Made by a program: the position numbers and the translations under genes
The notes under the pieces: model-generated
What the model saw: only the letters and a program-made list of their open reading frames with translations
Databases searched by the model: none
Told to the model about the DNA's origin: nothing
Sequence record: MT995927.1
Direction: 5' to 3' (one strand)
DNA: 64,000 bases
In this document: positions 30,094 through 40,560 of the stretch, piece after piece
Numbering within the stretch: the stretch's first letter is position 1
Layout of the letters: the number at the start of each line of letters is the position of its first letter

Positions 30094-30534
30094 ATGTTTA
30101 ATAGAATTGTTAGGGCTTTTCATATCGTTGATAAAGACCAATCTAAACATGGTGAACTAGATTTACCACAATGGCCAGCCTATGTATCGGTTACTCCTAA
30201 AATTATCGACATTAGGGATAAAGAATTTAATTATCATGGTTTTATGTCACGTATCAATGCCCCTTTAAAAGTTATAAAACCAGATGAATATATTAAAGCT
30301 AGGTATACTTTATGTTCACACTTTATTTATCAGCATGAAGGTGATAATGACCCAGTCGATGCACCTGGCTTTAGTATTGACATTGAATACAGACTAGTTA
30401 CTCAAAATACTAAAACGTGGTATTTAGATATCAACATCATCACTGATAAATCAATTAGTTACAATATTGAAAGTATTCTAAATGCGGAATTCATGTGTCA
30501 ATGTCCATTTAATCTTTATATAAACGGTAAATAA
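30094..30534 (+). CDS. hypothetical protein
   Basis: 146 aa ORF. Confidence 0.7.
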   Translation: MFNRIVRAFHIVDKDQSKHGELDLPQWPAYVSVTPKIIDIRDKEFNYHGFMSRINAPLKVIKPDEYIKARYTLCSHFIYQHEGDNDPVDAPGFSIDIEYRLVTQNTKTWYLDINIITDKSISYNIESILNAEFMCQCPFNLYINGK

Positions 30535-30561
30535 CTAATCATTTATAATAGAGGAAAGAGT

Positions 30562-31353
30562 ATGTTTAAATCCTTGAACTTTAACTATACTACTCAACCT
30601 TCTACAGAAGGTATCTGTTTGTATATCGGTCATGGCGATGTTGGACTACTTGAGGGTAACAAATCTTCAACTGGTATTGCTGATAAATTAGAACAATGCC
30701 CTTATTACTTACATGTTACTGTTGGTAAATCAAACACAGCTAACCAATTGACCATCACTGGTTATACTAATAATCAACCTAACCTCCGTAGTTGGCATGG
30801 TCAAGAAGCTATGGACATTCTGCTGAATAATATCAACAGCAATAACAATGTGGTACAACGAGAACTCAACTTTAAAGTACTCATTGAATCAGTTGAGCGT
30901 AAAGATCCGCGTGTTATTATACTAATGGCACTAGGTGCACTTCCATCTCAAGATTACCCTGGTCATTTTAATGATTTAACATCCGATAAGCAACTATTCA
31001 AACGGGAAGGCACTTTCATTGATTATAATGAAAAAGAATATAGTGATACATGCAATACCATTACACGCAAATTATTAAACCTGTGTGGTTGTGGCCATCC
31101 AGAAGCAGAATTGCAGTATATTGATGATGTATTGGATATATATCGCCAAGGGTGGAATATTTCTAAACGTAATGAATGTGATAAGAAATATGGATTTGGT
31201 CCGACTACATTCATGCTACATTATTTAGATAGTCTTGGATTTGCCGAGCATGGCACGGGTGCAGCTGGTTGGCTACTCGATGAAGGCGCATGGGTAAGTG
31301 TATTAGTAAAATTAGCAATTAAGGAAACCGAGGGTGGATGCACTGATGTTTAA
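30562..31353 (+). CDS. hypothetical protein with C-terminal CGCG..EHG motif
   Basis: LCGCGHPE ... LDSLGFAEHGTGAAGWL, possible metal-binding domain. Confidence 0.65.
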   Translation: MFKSLNFNYTTQPSTEGICLYIGHGDVGLLEGNKSSTGIADKLEQCPYYLHVTVGKSNTANQLTITGYTNNQPNLRSWHGQEAMDILLNNINSNNNVVQRELNFKVLIESVERKDPRVIILMALGALPSQDYPGHFNDLTSDKQLFKREGTFIDYNEKEYSDTCNTITRKLLNLCGCGHPEAELQYIDDVLDIYRQGWNISKRNECDKKYGFGPTTFMLHYLDSLGFAEHGTGAAGWLLDEGAWVSVLVKLAIKETEGGCTDV

Positions 31354-32071
31354 ATTATCGATGCGTATATTCTGTGCAGTATTTCTGATTAGTATTGGCA
31401 TGTATACTAAAGCTAGTGTTAATTACGAACCACTTGCTTTTTATGGAGTACCATTATTCTACTCTAATCATACTCCGCGAATTGCTCCATGTAATTTCAA
31501 TAAGCAGTCCAAACTGGGTAGTTGCGGTTGGACCAGTTATCCAGAAAATTCAATAATATTGGTGGTTCACCCTAGTGATCCAACTAAACAACTACCTGTT
31601 GAATACTCGATGTATCAAGAGGTTATTTGTGAGAATGATCAGTGCTATACATCTGATTATCATGAACCATATGGGTATCTATTGGGATTTAAAGGAACTA
31701 CTTATTGGTCAGTACCAACTGGATACTATTTACTAAATGGGCCTAATGGGGTACATGGTGTCAAATTTGGCAATGGTCCCTTAAAAGACACTTATCCTAT
31801 TCGTGATGTATACATGGTAAATAATGATAGAGTGATTGATGGTGAGTATCTTACACTACAAAATACTAGGGGCTTTTATAATGTAGTGTGTAGTCAACTT
31901 ACACAAATGTGTAAATACTTTGGTAAAGAATATACTTTACTAGAACTCAATCAAATTATCCCATTTGTAAAGACCACCACTTGCGATGAATTCCTTTGTT
32001 ACATCAATAATGATAAAGGTAAGGTTGCAGGCATCAATCCAAAACGAAAGGATATTTACGAGGGGCTGTAA
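31346..32071 (+). CDS. predicted exported, Cys-rich protein
   Basis: signal-peptide-like MFKLSMRIFCAVFLISIGMYTKA; several Cys pairs. Confidence 0.6.
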   Translation: MFKLSMRIFCAVFLISIGMYTKASVNYEPLAFYGVPLFYSNHTPRIAPCNFNKQSKLGSCGWTSYPENSIILVVHPSDPTKQLPVEYSMYQEVICENDQCYTSDYHEPYGYLLGFKGTTYWSVPTGYYLLNGPNGVHGVKFGNGPLKDTYPIRDVYMVNNDRVIDGEYLTLQNTRGFYNVVCSQLTQMCKYFGKEYTLLELNQIIPFVKTTTCDEFLCYINNDKGKVAGINPKRKDIYEGL

Positions 32072-32433
32072 TGAACATTACCAATATAAAGCTCATCCAA
32101 ACTATGGATGCTGTATTAGAGGAACTCACGAAATATCACGATAACCTCAAGCCTTGTGTAGGTATTAAAATAGAGGTTTCACCATGTGACGCTAAGTGTA
32201 TACTCTTATCTGAGGATATGGTTCGTAAGGTAGTTATTGAGATCAATGTAGTTAAACCACTGAATATGCGTGTAACCTATCTCTTTGATGAGAAGATGGT
32301 TACTAAGATCAACAAATATAATTCACATTACTACACTGAATTAGCCAAACAAATAAATACGTTCTTTTCGGATACAAGTATCCCAACACGCACATTCGAT
32401 TACCATGGATTCTTTGATTATCTTGGATTCTAA
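32071..32433 (+). CDS. hypothetical protein
   Basis: coupled ORF. Confidence 0.65.
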   Translation: MNITNIKLIQTMDAVLEELTKYHDNLKPCVGIKIEVSPCDAKCILLSEDMVRKVVIEINVVKPLNMRVTYLFDEKMVTKINKYNSHYYTELAKQINTFFSDTSIPTRTFDYHGFFDYLGF

Positions 32434-32445
32434 AAGGAGATTATA

Positions 32446-32802
32446 ATGGGTTCTCTAACTCTTGAAACAGGGCGACAGATTGAGCATCATTTGCTGAATG
32501 CAATTAGCATTCATATTAATGCATCCCGGATTGACGCTACATTGCGTGAAACAGTTAATGTCATCGATAACCCTGTAACAAAACGATCTATTGCATATGT
32601 GGTTGAGAGAGGCAAGGATATCCGCATTGCAGTTTATGATACCAGCAATGATCATCTTGGCATGATATCTCATATTGAGTCTGGTGATAGTGAATTTAAA
32701 GTTCTTAATATGGCACAGGCTGTTCGGATAACCAAATTCTCATTGAATCAATTTGATGAGGCAGCAATATGTGCAGTAAGCTGGCTTGCCGGAAATCCAT
32801 AA
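32446..32802 (+). CDS. hypothetical protein
   Basis: SD AGGAG. Confidence 0.7.
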   Translation: MGSLTLETGRQIEHHLLNAISIHINASRIDATLRETVNVIDNPVTKRSIAYVVERGKDIRIAVYDTSNDHLGMISHIESGDSEFKVLNMAQAVRITKFSLNQFDEAAICAVSWLAGNP

Positions 32803-32837
32803 TACATCATTGATTAAAGTACCACTACAGCTTAATA

Positions 32838-32895
32838 TTCAATCTCAGTCTAAACACTGATCCAATTAGGCTGAGATTGAAGACTACTGGGTCAG
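32838..32895 (+). other. 16-bp stem-loop whose loop can pair downstream (possible pseudoknot)
   Basis: 32838-32853/32866-32881 with one G-U; loop CUGAUCCA complementary to UGGGUCAG 32888-32895. Confidence 0.45.
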
Positions 32896-32957
32896 CTCAT
32901 TATTGCCTACTTCTAATTTGATATAGGTAAATTATAAATACAAAGTCAGGTAATGTC

Positions 32958-33332
32958 ATGGATTCATTAAAAATACAAAATATTCTCTTATGCAATAAAG
33001 CATTCAAGGCGATTGTTGAGCATCCACTTCAGATTAAATCTAATAGATCTACTAGTATTCAAGTATTAAATAATGAGTTGAATTATGGGTTGACTTATAT
33101 CTTTCATGATACCGACTCTACTCGTACAGTTAAATTAACAGTACGTTACGGTAATGTAGTAATCTCATTAGTGGATAGTAATAATAGATTAGAAAAAGAA
33201 TTTACCTTTGATAATGAAGCTAACTATCAATTAATGGGTAAAATAGTTTATTGTTATTTACGTAAAAATAAAGATGATTATTATCGTGGATTAAGTGATA
33301 GTGGTTATCTACAATGGTTAGGGATAACTTAA
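32958..33332 (+). CDS. hypothetical protein
   Basis: 124 aa ORF. Confidence 0.65.
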   Translation: MDSLKIQNILLCNKAFKAIVEHPLQIKSNRSTSIQVLNNELNYGLTYIFHDTDSTRTVKLTVRYGNVVISLVDSNNRLEKEFTFDNEANYQLMGKIVYCYLRKNKDDYYRGLSDSGYLQWLGIT

Positions 33333-33333
33333 T

Positions 33334-33696
33334 ATGATATTTAATAAAATCACTCGATCTATAAAAAGAAGGCGATGTAATAAGTCTGAATTAATTGAAA
33401 TTAATGAACTTATCTTAAAAGCAGCTCGTCGTCAAAACTATGATTTATGTCATCTGATTAGTTATCTTGGTGATGGTAATGATCCAGTAGTTATTGATAT
33501 TTTAAAGAAAGAATATTCTGAAATATATGCCTATTATAAATCTGTATTTGACCCTGCTGATTTTGGTAAGAATTATAAAAATAAATTACATAATGATTTA
33601 TTAGAGGCTATGACCAAAATAGATAAATTTAAAGAATTATGTGAAAAACATAATATCGACTATTCACACATTGTTGAAGATGAAATACCTTTCTAG
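33334..33696 (+). CDS. hypothetical protein
   Basis: 120 aa ORF. Confidence 0.65.
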   Translation: MIFNKITRSIKRRRCNKSELIEINELILKAARRQNYDLCHLISYLGDGNDPVVIDILKKEYSEIYAYYKSVFDPADFGKNYKNKLHNDLLEAMTKIDKFKELCEKHNIDYSHIVEDEIPF

Positions 33697-33707
33697 GCGG
33701 AAATAAA

Positions 33708-34070
33708 ATGGAATTAATCAGTGTCAACTCAATGGCATTATTCTTTGGTTTAATTGTAGCGCACTTCATCTTTGATTTTTCATTGCAAAATGATTTCATT
33801 GCAAAGGCTAAAAATCATACTACTGAACTAGGTTCACTATATTGGAAATGGGTATTACCTGCACACAGCTTCATGCATGGTGGCGCAGTTTATTTCATTA
33901 CTGGTTCATTAGTTTTAGGACTTATTGAAACAATTTCTCACTGCATTATTGATTATTTAAAATGTGATAATAAAATTACATTTAATCAAGATCAGTGGTT
34001 ACACATTGGTTTTAAACTAATGTATACTTATCTAATTGTTTACGAAGTACCTTTCGTGATGTATGGATAA
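33708..34070 (+). CDS. DUF3307-like membrane protein
   Basis: AHFIFDFSLQ, HSFMHG, SHCIIDYLK, DQWLH motifs. Confidence 0.75.
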   Translation: MELISVNSMALFFGLIVAHFIFDFSLQNDFIAKAKNHTTELGSLYWKWVLPAHSFMHGGAVYFITGSLVLGLIETISHCIIDYLKCDNKITFNQDQWLHIGFKLMYTYLIVYEVPFVMYG

Positions 34071-34081
34071 AGTTATATATT

Positions 34082-34103
34082 ACCCTCTCCTTCGGGAGAG
34101 GGT
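34082..34103 (+). terminator. hairpin
   Basis: ACCCTCTCC-TTCG-GGAGAGGGT-TTTATG. Confidence 0.8.
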
Positions 34104-34212
34104 TTTATGTTTAATATTTTTTTTTATTAAGTTTTATTACCCAATCTGATAGGGCTATAATGGAGTTTAGTCTTGTGGAAGTTTATAAAACCCTATTGGG
34201 AAGAGAACTACA

Positions 34213-34701
34213 ATGGTTATTACACATCAAACTGTAGACCAGATAGATACACAAGTGAGTTTAGGTTTACCTATTGGTTACTATGGTGCTAATGATGATC
34301 TATCTACATTAATTAGGATGATTGGTGATTGGAACATCAGACCCATTGAAGAGCGTAGGACACTAGGTACAGGTTATATTGTAGCTGTCCCATCGAATAC
34401 TCGTACACGAGTGATTTACACTGCTGGTCGTAAGAAATGGCTAGAAGCATTAGATTTTAGCCCCGAATTAGCCGAGAAGTATATTCGTGCTTGTAGTGCA
34501 ATAAAACGATGCTGGGACCACGATGTCGCAACCTTTGTCCTAACACATAATAAAATTAGCGACGAATTACTTAAAGAATTGATGAGTGTTGAGAATCCTA
34601 AAGCTGTACTCAATCACTATAAAATTCCTGTAAAGATTTCTAGAAATAGAATAATTGCAGCTTGTCAAATAATCTTCAATATTCGTGGACTAAAAGTCTA
34701 A
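34213..34701 (+). CDS. hypothetical protein
   Basis: 162 aa ORF. Confidence 0.7.
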   Translation: MVITHQTVDQIDTQVSLGLPIGYYGANDDLSTLIRMIGDWNIRPIEERRTLGTGYIVAVPSNTRTRVIYTAGRKKWLEALDFSPELAEKYIRACSAIKRCWDHDVATFVLTHNKISDELLKELMSVENPKAVLNHYKIPVKISRNRIIAACQIIFNIRGLKV

Positions 34702-34791
34702 TACTTTTATAGGAGAGAACCATGATGGTTCTCTCTTTTTGACGTAAGTGCATTATTGTTATGATAAGACTTTCGTACAAGGAAAACTACT

Positions 34792-35223
34792 ATGTTACTT
34801 TTTGTTGATACAGAATTTGATACGCCTACTGGTACTCTTATTTCACTCGGTATTGTTAGTGAAGATCGACGTTGTGAATTCTACGAAGTTCTACCATATG
34901 ACAATATTGAAGATGAATGGGTTAAAGAAAACGTTATTCCTATTCTTCAAAAAGAACCAATCTCTTTAGAAGAATTCCATGATAGACTAGCCAAGTTTCT
35001 TGGTCAGTTTGCTCGATTACATTTTATAGCTAATCATGTTAACGATATGGTTTACACTGGTAAAGCTATGGATATGGGTAAAGGTAAACAAGTTGTTGAG
35101 TTACCAACTATATTTGAATTAAATCATGAGCTAAGTGGAAAAGGTTCTAAAATGCTTCACAACGCACTATTTGATGCTCGTGCAACTCTAGATGACTGGG
35201 AGCGTTTAAATGGTGTGAACTAA
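34792..35223 (+). CDS. DEDDh 3'-5' exonuclease (Rv2179c-like exoribonuclease)
   Basis: FVDTEF, ISLGIV, EFY, WVKENVIP, HNALFDAR. Confidence 0.8.
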   Translation: MLLFVDTEFDTPTGTLISLGIVSEDRRCEFYEVLPYDNIEDEWVKENVIPILQKEPISLEEFHDRLAKFLGQFARLHFIANHVNDMVYTGKAMDMGKGKQVVELPTIFELNHELSGKGSKMLHNALFDARATLDDWERLNGVN

Positions 35224-35242
35224 CCTTTTTGGGATAGCCATC

Positions 35243-35902
35243 ATGACTAACACCTTTGAGAAGATGTCAGGCGACAAAGATAGAAAAAGTCGTCCAGAAA
35301 TCGTACTGCGTTTGCTGATCGCAACCAGTTTTCCTCAATCCGTTTTAGCCGATTTGACTTTTGATATTACTAAGCAAGTTGGTATTACTGATAACGATGA
35401 ATTAGAGAAGATTGCTAATGACATGCGTGATGTTGAACGTAAGTTTGACATGACTGATTTCGTTAGATGTATTGATCTACGTCGTAATGGTAATGACGTA
35501 AATATAACTGTTAATTGTTGGGATTTTGATCCACGTGCTAAAACTATCGAGGATCGTGCGGAGAACCATGAATTCCTGGCAAACAGTAATATTACCTTAC
35601 ATTCACCAGAAGCAGATTTTAATGATCCACGTGAACTGGCTAGTAAATTAGTTGGACTATTTTTTCGTAGCAAGATAGGTCAAAAGCCGTCAGCTAGTAA
35701 TTTTACTAAGGGATGGAAAATTCTTAGTAAACCAATTAGTAAATCTAAAAATACAGGTGATATAGAATCAATCGATCTAGTTGATGCTATTGAACTAGTA
35801 GCTCAGAGTTTAGCTAAACGTAGATTTAACATTAAAATTACCACAAGCGCTATTTTATTACTTGATCAGAAAAGACGGTTATTTAATATAACGCGTGGTT
35901 AA
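35243..35902 (+). CDS. hypothetical protein
   Basis: 219 aa ORF before hairpin. Confidence 0.7.
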   Translation: MTNTFEKMSGDKDRKSRPEIVLRLLIATSFPQSVLADLTFDITKQVGITDNDELEKIANDMRDVERKFDMTDFVRCIDLRRNGNDVNITVNCWDFDPRAKTIEDRAENHEFLANSNITLHSPEADFNDPRELASKLVGLFFRSKIGQKPSASNFTKGWKILSKPISKSKNTGDIESIDLVDAIELVAQSLAKRRFNIKITTSAILLLDQKRRLFNITRG

Positions 35903-35913
35903 AACAACATAAT

Positions 35914-35934
35914 GCCCTCCCATTACGGGAGGGC
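35914..35934. terminator. bidirectional hairpin between convergent genes
   Basis: CATAAT-GCCCTCCC-ATTAC-GGGAGGGC-TTATG. Confidence 0.8.
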
Positions 35935-35942
35935 TTATGCCG

Positions 35943-37892
35943 TTAAACTTTTACAAGTTTATCATTTTCTATTTTCCAATTAGCATGGAAAGAAATTGGT
36001 TGACCAGTGGTCTCATCAAGAATGTCACCAGTCTTTAACCTATTTTTAATAGCTCGATTATTTCCAAAGAATGGAACTAGTTTGGCTACTGTTACATCGG
36101 CTAATCCTGGATCTTTCATTACATACCAGCCAGGCGTTGAAGCCAGTTCATCATACTGGACAACTTTAGAAGTATCTGCAAAGATAACAATATCACCATG
36201 TCGTCCGTTCTGGACACGTTGTGATAGTTTACCCCATGTGGAGTTATTATCATAAACATATACATTAGCTGTATTTAATGTCTCACCAAGGAATGTACGG
36301 CGTAATGCAGTCAATACTATTGGTTTTATATTAATGTTATTCTTATATGCATTCGCTACACGATACATATACTTGGTCATGCTAAGATTAATATATTCAT
36401 AAATTTTAGCTTTACTTATCCCTTTATAATCATCCCATGCCATTGTACCTATAAGGGATGCTTCATTATAAAGAGAAGCAGGTTTTGAACTAAGTACCAC
36501 TTGATGCTGCATTGTGTAAGTATAAGGTACACGTACGTTAATACGTATCTGATCATTATCATGGATTAAAAGAGTTGATCCATGAGTTATCAGATCCCAC
36601 TGAGTAATGCCCTGACTAAATAAGAATGATCCAACTAAATAGCCATTTATTTGAATATCGCCTAGATAATCCTGATGGTCAGTACCATTTGAGTAACCTA
36701 GATTAAGATCAAAATAACGCTTAGCTGTTAGTATCTGAGTAGTATCAATAGCTTGGCCATTATCACGTGCAACAAAGATACCATCATCTACACCAACTTG
36801 GAATCTAAATGAAATAGCATACGGTTTATTAGGATTTTCAGATGTCGTACAAAGAAAATTGTAAATGTACTCGCCAGTATGATCGAAGGTAAATTCAGGA
36901 ATATCTTCTTTGTTATACGCTGGGAAAGTAACAAGCTTAATCTCACTTTCACTTGAATCACCTTTGATAACAAAGTCAGTTACTTGACCATTACCAATAG
37001 ATTTATTCATACCTGTAAACAAACCAGATGATGCAGCTTTTGGTGACCAGCTTAGCATCTGATTTACAGTATATTGAACATCTGACCTATCAACAACACC
37101 AGAGAAATAAGAACCAAAATTAAAGGCTAGTCTATTAGCGGTAAATGCAAAACTACCATTATTTTCTTTAGCATCTTCAATATTAGTGTAATCTCTTGAA
37201 GCAGAATCAGTTATAACAAAGATACCATTACCCGATTTACGCCAAGTAGCTAGATTATCAATAGTCGCCTGACTCACTCTTTCAGGAGTTAATGCACCAG
37301 TATTATGATCTTTAGTAGAGAATAGAATACATGCATAATACTTATTAAGATCTGTTAAAGTAAGGTCTACTGTGCCACCCATCATTTCTGGGTAATAAAC
37401 ATCATAGGTAGAATCTTGTACACGAGCAGCCGTATCTAGTATCTTTTTAAAACCATTACCTGACGTATTGAGGACTGAATAAGGTTCACTAGGATTACTA
37501 TCTGTGATTACTAAGAATTTCTTTCCAGTTGATTCGTACTTACTACCATTCCTAATAAACCCAATAGCATTATAAAAATATCTTACCCATCCCCATAGAT
37601 CTTGAGGGTTTGTTGTATTAGCCGGAATTTGGTAAGTATCATAGTTTAAATTATAGAATTTTGGAAAACTACAATCATAAAGAACATTACCAGTGCCATC
37701 TTGCACAACAGCAATAAATGGACTACCACCTGTTGCAGGGTCACCATCATAAGCAATGTATTCAGAGAGCACCGGAGGTAACTCCGGGCTCACTGTATAA
37801 TACACCTTCTGAATATCTGAACTAAAGTTAAATTTAACTTTAGAGTTTAGTGCCACAGGACCCGGCACTTGCGACGGGACAATAGAAGGCAT
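35943..37892 (-). CDS. virion structural / tail-associated protein (phiKZ gp131-like family)
   Basis: 649 aa; VLSEYIAYDG, FIAVVQDGTGNVLYDCSFPKFYN, GNGIFVITD. Confidence 0.6.
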   Translation of the reverse strand: MPSIVPSQVPGPVALNSKVKFNFSSDIQKVYYTVSPELPPVLSEYIAYDGDPATGGSPFIAVVQDGTGNVLYDCSFPKFYNLNYDTYQIPANTTNPQDLWGWVRYFYNAIGFIRNGSKYESTGKKFLVITDSNPSEPYSVLNTSGNGFKKILDTAARVQDSTYDVYYPEMMGGTVDLTLTDLNKYYACILFSTKDHNTGALTPERVSQATIDNLATWRKSGNGIFVITDSASRDYTNIEDAKENNGSFAFTANRLAFNFGSYFSGVVDRSDVQYTVNQMLSWSPKAASSGLFTGMNKSIGNGQVTDFVIKGDSSESEIKLVTFPAYNKEDIPEFTFDHTGEYIYNFLCTTSENPNKPYAISFRFQVGVDDGIFVARDNGQAIDTTQILTAKRYFDLNLGYSNGTDHQDYLGDIQINGYLVGSFLFSQGITQWDLITHGSTLLIHDNDQIRINVRVPYTYTMQHQVVLSSKPASLYNEASLIGTMAWDDYKGISKAKIYEYINLSMTKYMYRVANAYKNNINIKPIVLTALRRTFLGETLNTANVYVYDNNSTWGKLSQRVQNGRHGDIVIFADTSKVVQYDELASTPGWYVMKDPGLADVTVAKLVPFFGNNRAIKNRLKTGDILDETTGQPISFHANWKIENDKLVKV

Positions 37893-37902
37893 TTCTCACT
37901 CC

Positions 37903-38373
37903 TTACGGGGTATACACGGGAATATCAGCCGTCTTAATAGGTGAGTCAACTCGAATATAATAAGTGATTGGTACAGACAGGCTATACCCACGGATATTTA
38001 AAATCCCTGTAGATGAATCGAGATCCCAACCAATACTAGCAGAAGCGCTAATAAGCTTACCACTAGTAGGACTAGTAGTTTCAGGGTCGATAATCTTGAG
38101 ATCAACGATGGCTGTAGCCAGAGTATAATCACCCATAGAAGTAATAACTTTGGAAAGATCATAAGTAACTACATCTCCTGGGTTTAATGTACCAGTTTGA
38201 AATAGAATTGGTTTTAAACCAGTACTAGGACCTGGACCAGGGCCACCACCAGATTCTAGGATGGTTGTTACTTTGTCAACCCACCTTAAAATCGCATTAT
38301 ACATTTCTTCACTGGTGGCTTCAGGCCCAAGAATAAGATCTTCACCAGTATTAGATGAATGTGGATCAGACAT
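37903..38373 (-). CDS. putative virion structural protein
   Basis: GGGPGPGPS linker then beta-rich domain; adjacent to gp131-like gene. Confidence 0.55.
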   Translation of the reverse strand: MSDPHSSNTGEDLILGPEATSEEMYNAILRWVDKVTTILESGGGPGPGPSTGLKPILFQTGTLNPGDVVTYDLSKVITSMGDYTLATAIVDLKIIDPETTSPTSGKLISASASIGWDLDSSTGILNIRGYSLSVPITYYIRVDSPIKTADIPVYTP

Positions 38374-38384
38374 TTCTGTCTCCT

Positions 38385-40496
38385 TTAAAACCGCATATAT
38401 GCGGGCTGATATGGTTTATACATACGTGTATCAAAGTCATTAAAATCAATTGCGATATCATACTTCTCAAATGATTCTTTTAGCATCTGATAAATGATTT
38501 TATTTTCATCAAAATTATTATTTTTATCAACATAACTTTCTAATGACTCTGTGATCTCAAATGGAGATTTAATACCCATAATAGCTTCAACCATTGCCTG
38601 ACTCCATTTTAGAATGTCATCTGACCTTGTTGAGATATTCGGTTCATCTTCTGTATCGAGAGTACATTGATATACGACTGTTTGTGAATCCTGACCTTTA
38701 CGGTAAATTCGAGCAATAGCTTGTTCTAGAATGTAATGCCTAAACGGTGAATTAATTGTCACCATAGTATCAGCCATCGTCATACGGACCGCTGTTGAAA
38801 GGGAAGCATATGTAGCTACCAATGGATTTAATTTAGGGTCTTTCTCAAATCTACTGATTATTTGAGGTAAATTGTCATTGGTTTTACCATACACCACCGC
38901 CGGATGCATACCTAATTTATTGGTGTACTTATCAACAGTATCAACAACCTCAACAAACGATGTAAATGCAATCGTTTTCTTCATAGTTGATTCAGTGATA
39001 CCAACCCAGTCAATATACGGTACCATGTCCACATGGCACTGAATGCGTTTAGCACCTAAAACCCTTCCCAAACATTCACCTTGTATCTTTAGCATAACGT
39101 ATTTTATAACTGATTTAATATCTCTAAAAGCAGCTATTACATTACGAGGTAAAGTTGGCTCTATAAACATTTTTTCATATTGGTTAGATTCTTTAATTTC
39201 TTCACCAATGTATCGCGGGTCTTGATTCTTCTGAATTATTTTAATCAAATTCTTATAGCGAGCGAAACCATCTTTCTGCGCCTGGGTCTTAAGAGAGTTC
39301 TCGTGTATCGCCATTAGTTTAGCCCAATACTTCTCATCTTCTGGTCGGCGCGCAGCATAGAACTTTACACGTTCTCTAATAAAAGCTTCACAATCACGTT
39401 TAATGGCATTAAGAGTATACTGTGATCCATTTGGTATCTTGATACGATACGCTTTTATCCTCGGTGGTAAAACCTCAGTATCTTTCTTTTCAATGACGTA
39501 CGCAATTAACCCAAAGCGATGTTGGACAATATCTAATCCTTTCTGTGTCTCTTTTCCAAATGCTTTCTTAAAACGTTCTTCAACCTCATTGGTGAAGAGA
39601 TCGTCTAATACTCTTAATGCACTTACTAATTCAGAACCAAGTGCTTTAACAGGGGTACCTGACGCTAATAATCTGTTATTAGAGTTAGACATAAAACATA
39701 TTTGCTGGAACTTAAGAGATTGTGCAGAATTAGGATCGTTCATATTGTGTGATTCATCCAGAATCACCGTAATGTTCTTACCTTTGAATATACCGCTTCT
39801 TAATAGATCAATTATTTTATCTTGCGCCTGGTAATGGGATATAAGTATTCTTTGACCGTTGTAGGCTTTATCATCAATGGTCGACCATACTTTTTGTCTT
39901 TCCTTATACATCTCAATAATAGATGGCTTCCATATTAGATCAATAGACTTCTTTTCACAAACAACTATAATGATATCCGACTCAACCATTTCAGCAATAG
40001 CCATCGTCATGAATGTTTTACCAGTACCAGGTTTACCTGCAACAATATCACCACGTAAACCATACTGGTCAATTCGATAATTATAATTTTCAAAATAAGC
40101 TTTTTGAGACTCATCTGGTGTAAATGTCAATTTGTCTAACATCTTGAAATTGAGTCTACCTGGTACAGAGTTGGTATCTACAGGACGAGTATTTTTTAAC
40201 CAGGTATATTGAAGCATTGCTTCACGGATGGCATTAACAGTTTTAATAGAGATGTATCTACTTCTATAATTCTTTACTGCTTCTAGCATGTAATATATTT
40301 CAGGAGCAAAGAATTTATAAAATGAAATACTACGACGACTAACCGTGTTAAATAACTGCGTAGCTAATTTAGTGGTTCGCCAATACTTGTTAATATCTCT
40401 AATGAATGCAGCACCATCAAAACCACTGATGATAATTTCTTGATCAGTTTCAGTAATTGATAGCGAGCCCATTAGCTTCCTAAATGAGTCTATCAT
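38385..40496 (-). CDS. superfamily 2 (SNF2/DEAD-like) helicase
   Basis: GKPGTGKT, ILDESH, ASGTP, EQAIARIYRKGQ. Confidence 0.88.
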   Translation of the reverse strand: MIDSFRKLMGSLSITETDQEIIISGFDGAAFIRDINKYWRTTKLATQLFNTVSRRSISFYKFFAPEIYYMLEAVKNYRSRYISIKTVNAIREAMLQYTWLKNTRPVDTNSVPGRLNFKMLDKLTFTPDESQKAYFENYNYRIDQYGLRGDIVAGKPGTGKTFMTMAIAEMVESDIIIVVCEKKSIDLIWKPSIIEMYKERQKVWSTIDDKAYNGQRILISHYQAQDKIIDLLRSGIFKGKNITVILDESHNMNDPNSAQSLKFQQICFMSNSNNRLLASGTPVKALGSELVSALRVLDDLFTNEVEERFKKAFGKETQKGLDIVQHRFGLIAYVIEKKDTEVLPPRIKAYRIKIPNGSQYTLNAIKRDCEAFIRERVKFYAARRPEDEKYWAKLMAIHENSLKTQAQKDGFARYKNLIKIIQKNQDPRYIGEEIKESNQYEKMFIEPTLPRNVIAAFRDIKSVIKYVMLKIQGECLGRVLGAKRIQCHVDMVPYIDWVGITESTMKKTIAFTSFVEVVDTVDKYTNKLGMHPAVVYGKTNDNLPQIISRFEKDPKLNPLVATYASLSTAVRMTMADTMVTINSPFRHYILEQAIARIYRKGQDSQTVVYQCTLDTEDEPNISTRSDDILKWSQAMVEAIMGIKSPFEITESLESYVDKNNNFDENKIIYQMLKESFEKYDIAIDFNDFDTRMYKPYQPAYMRF

Positions 40497-40560
40497 TGCA
40501 TTTTTCCTTAAGGGGTATGTAAATATAACTCTAAGTCATAAGATTAGCTAACGAATAAAA

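Noticed and set aside
39043-40080. Plus-strand ORFs antisense to the helicase
   Set aside because: Shadow frames
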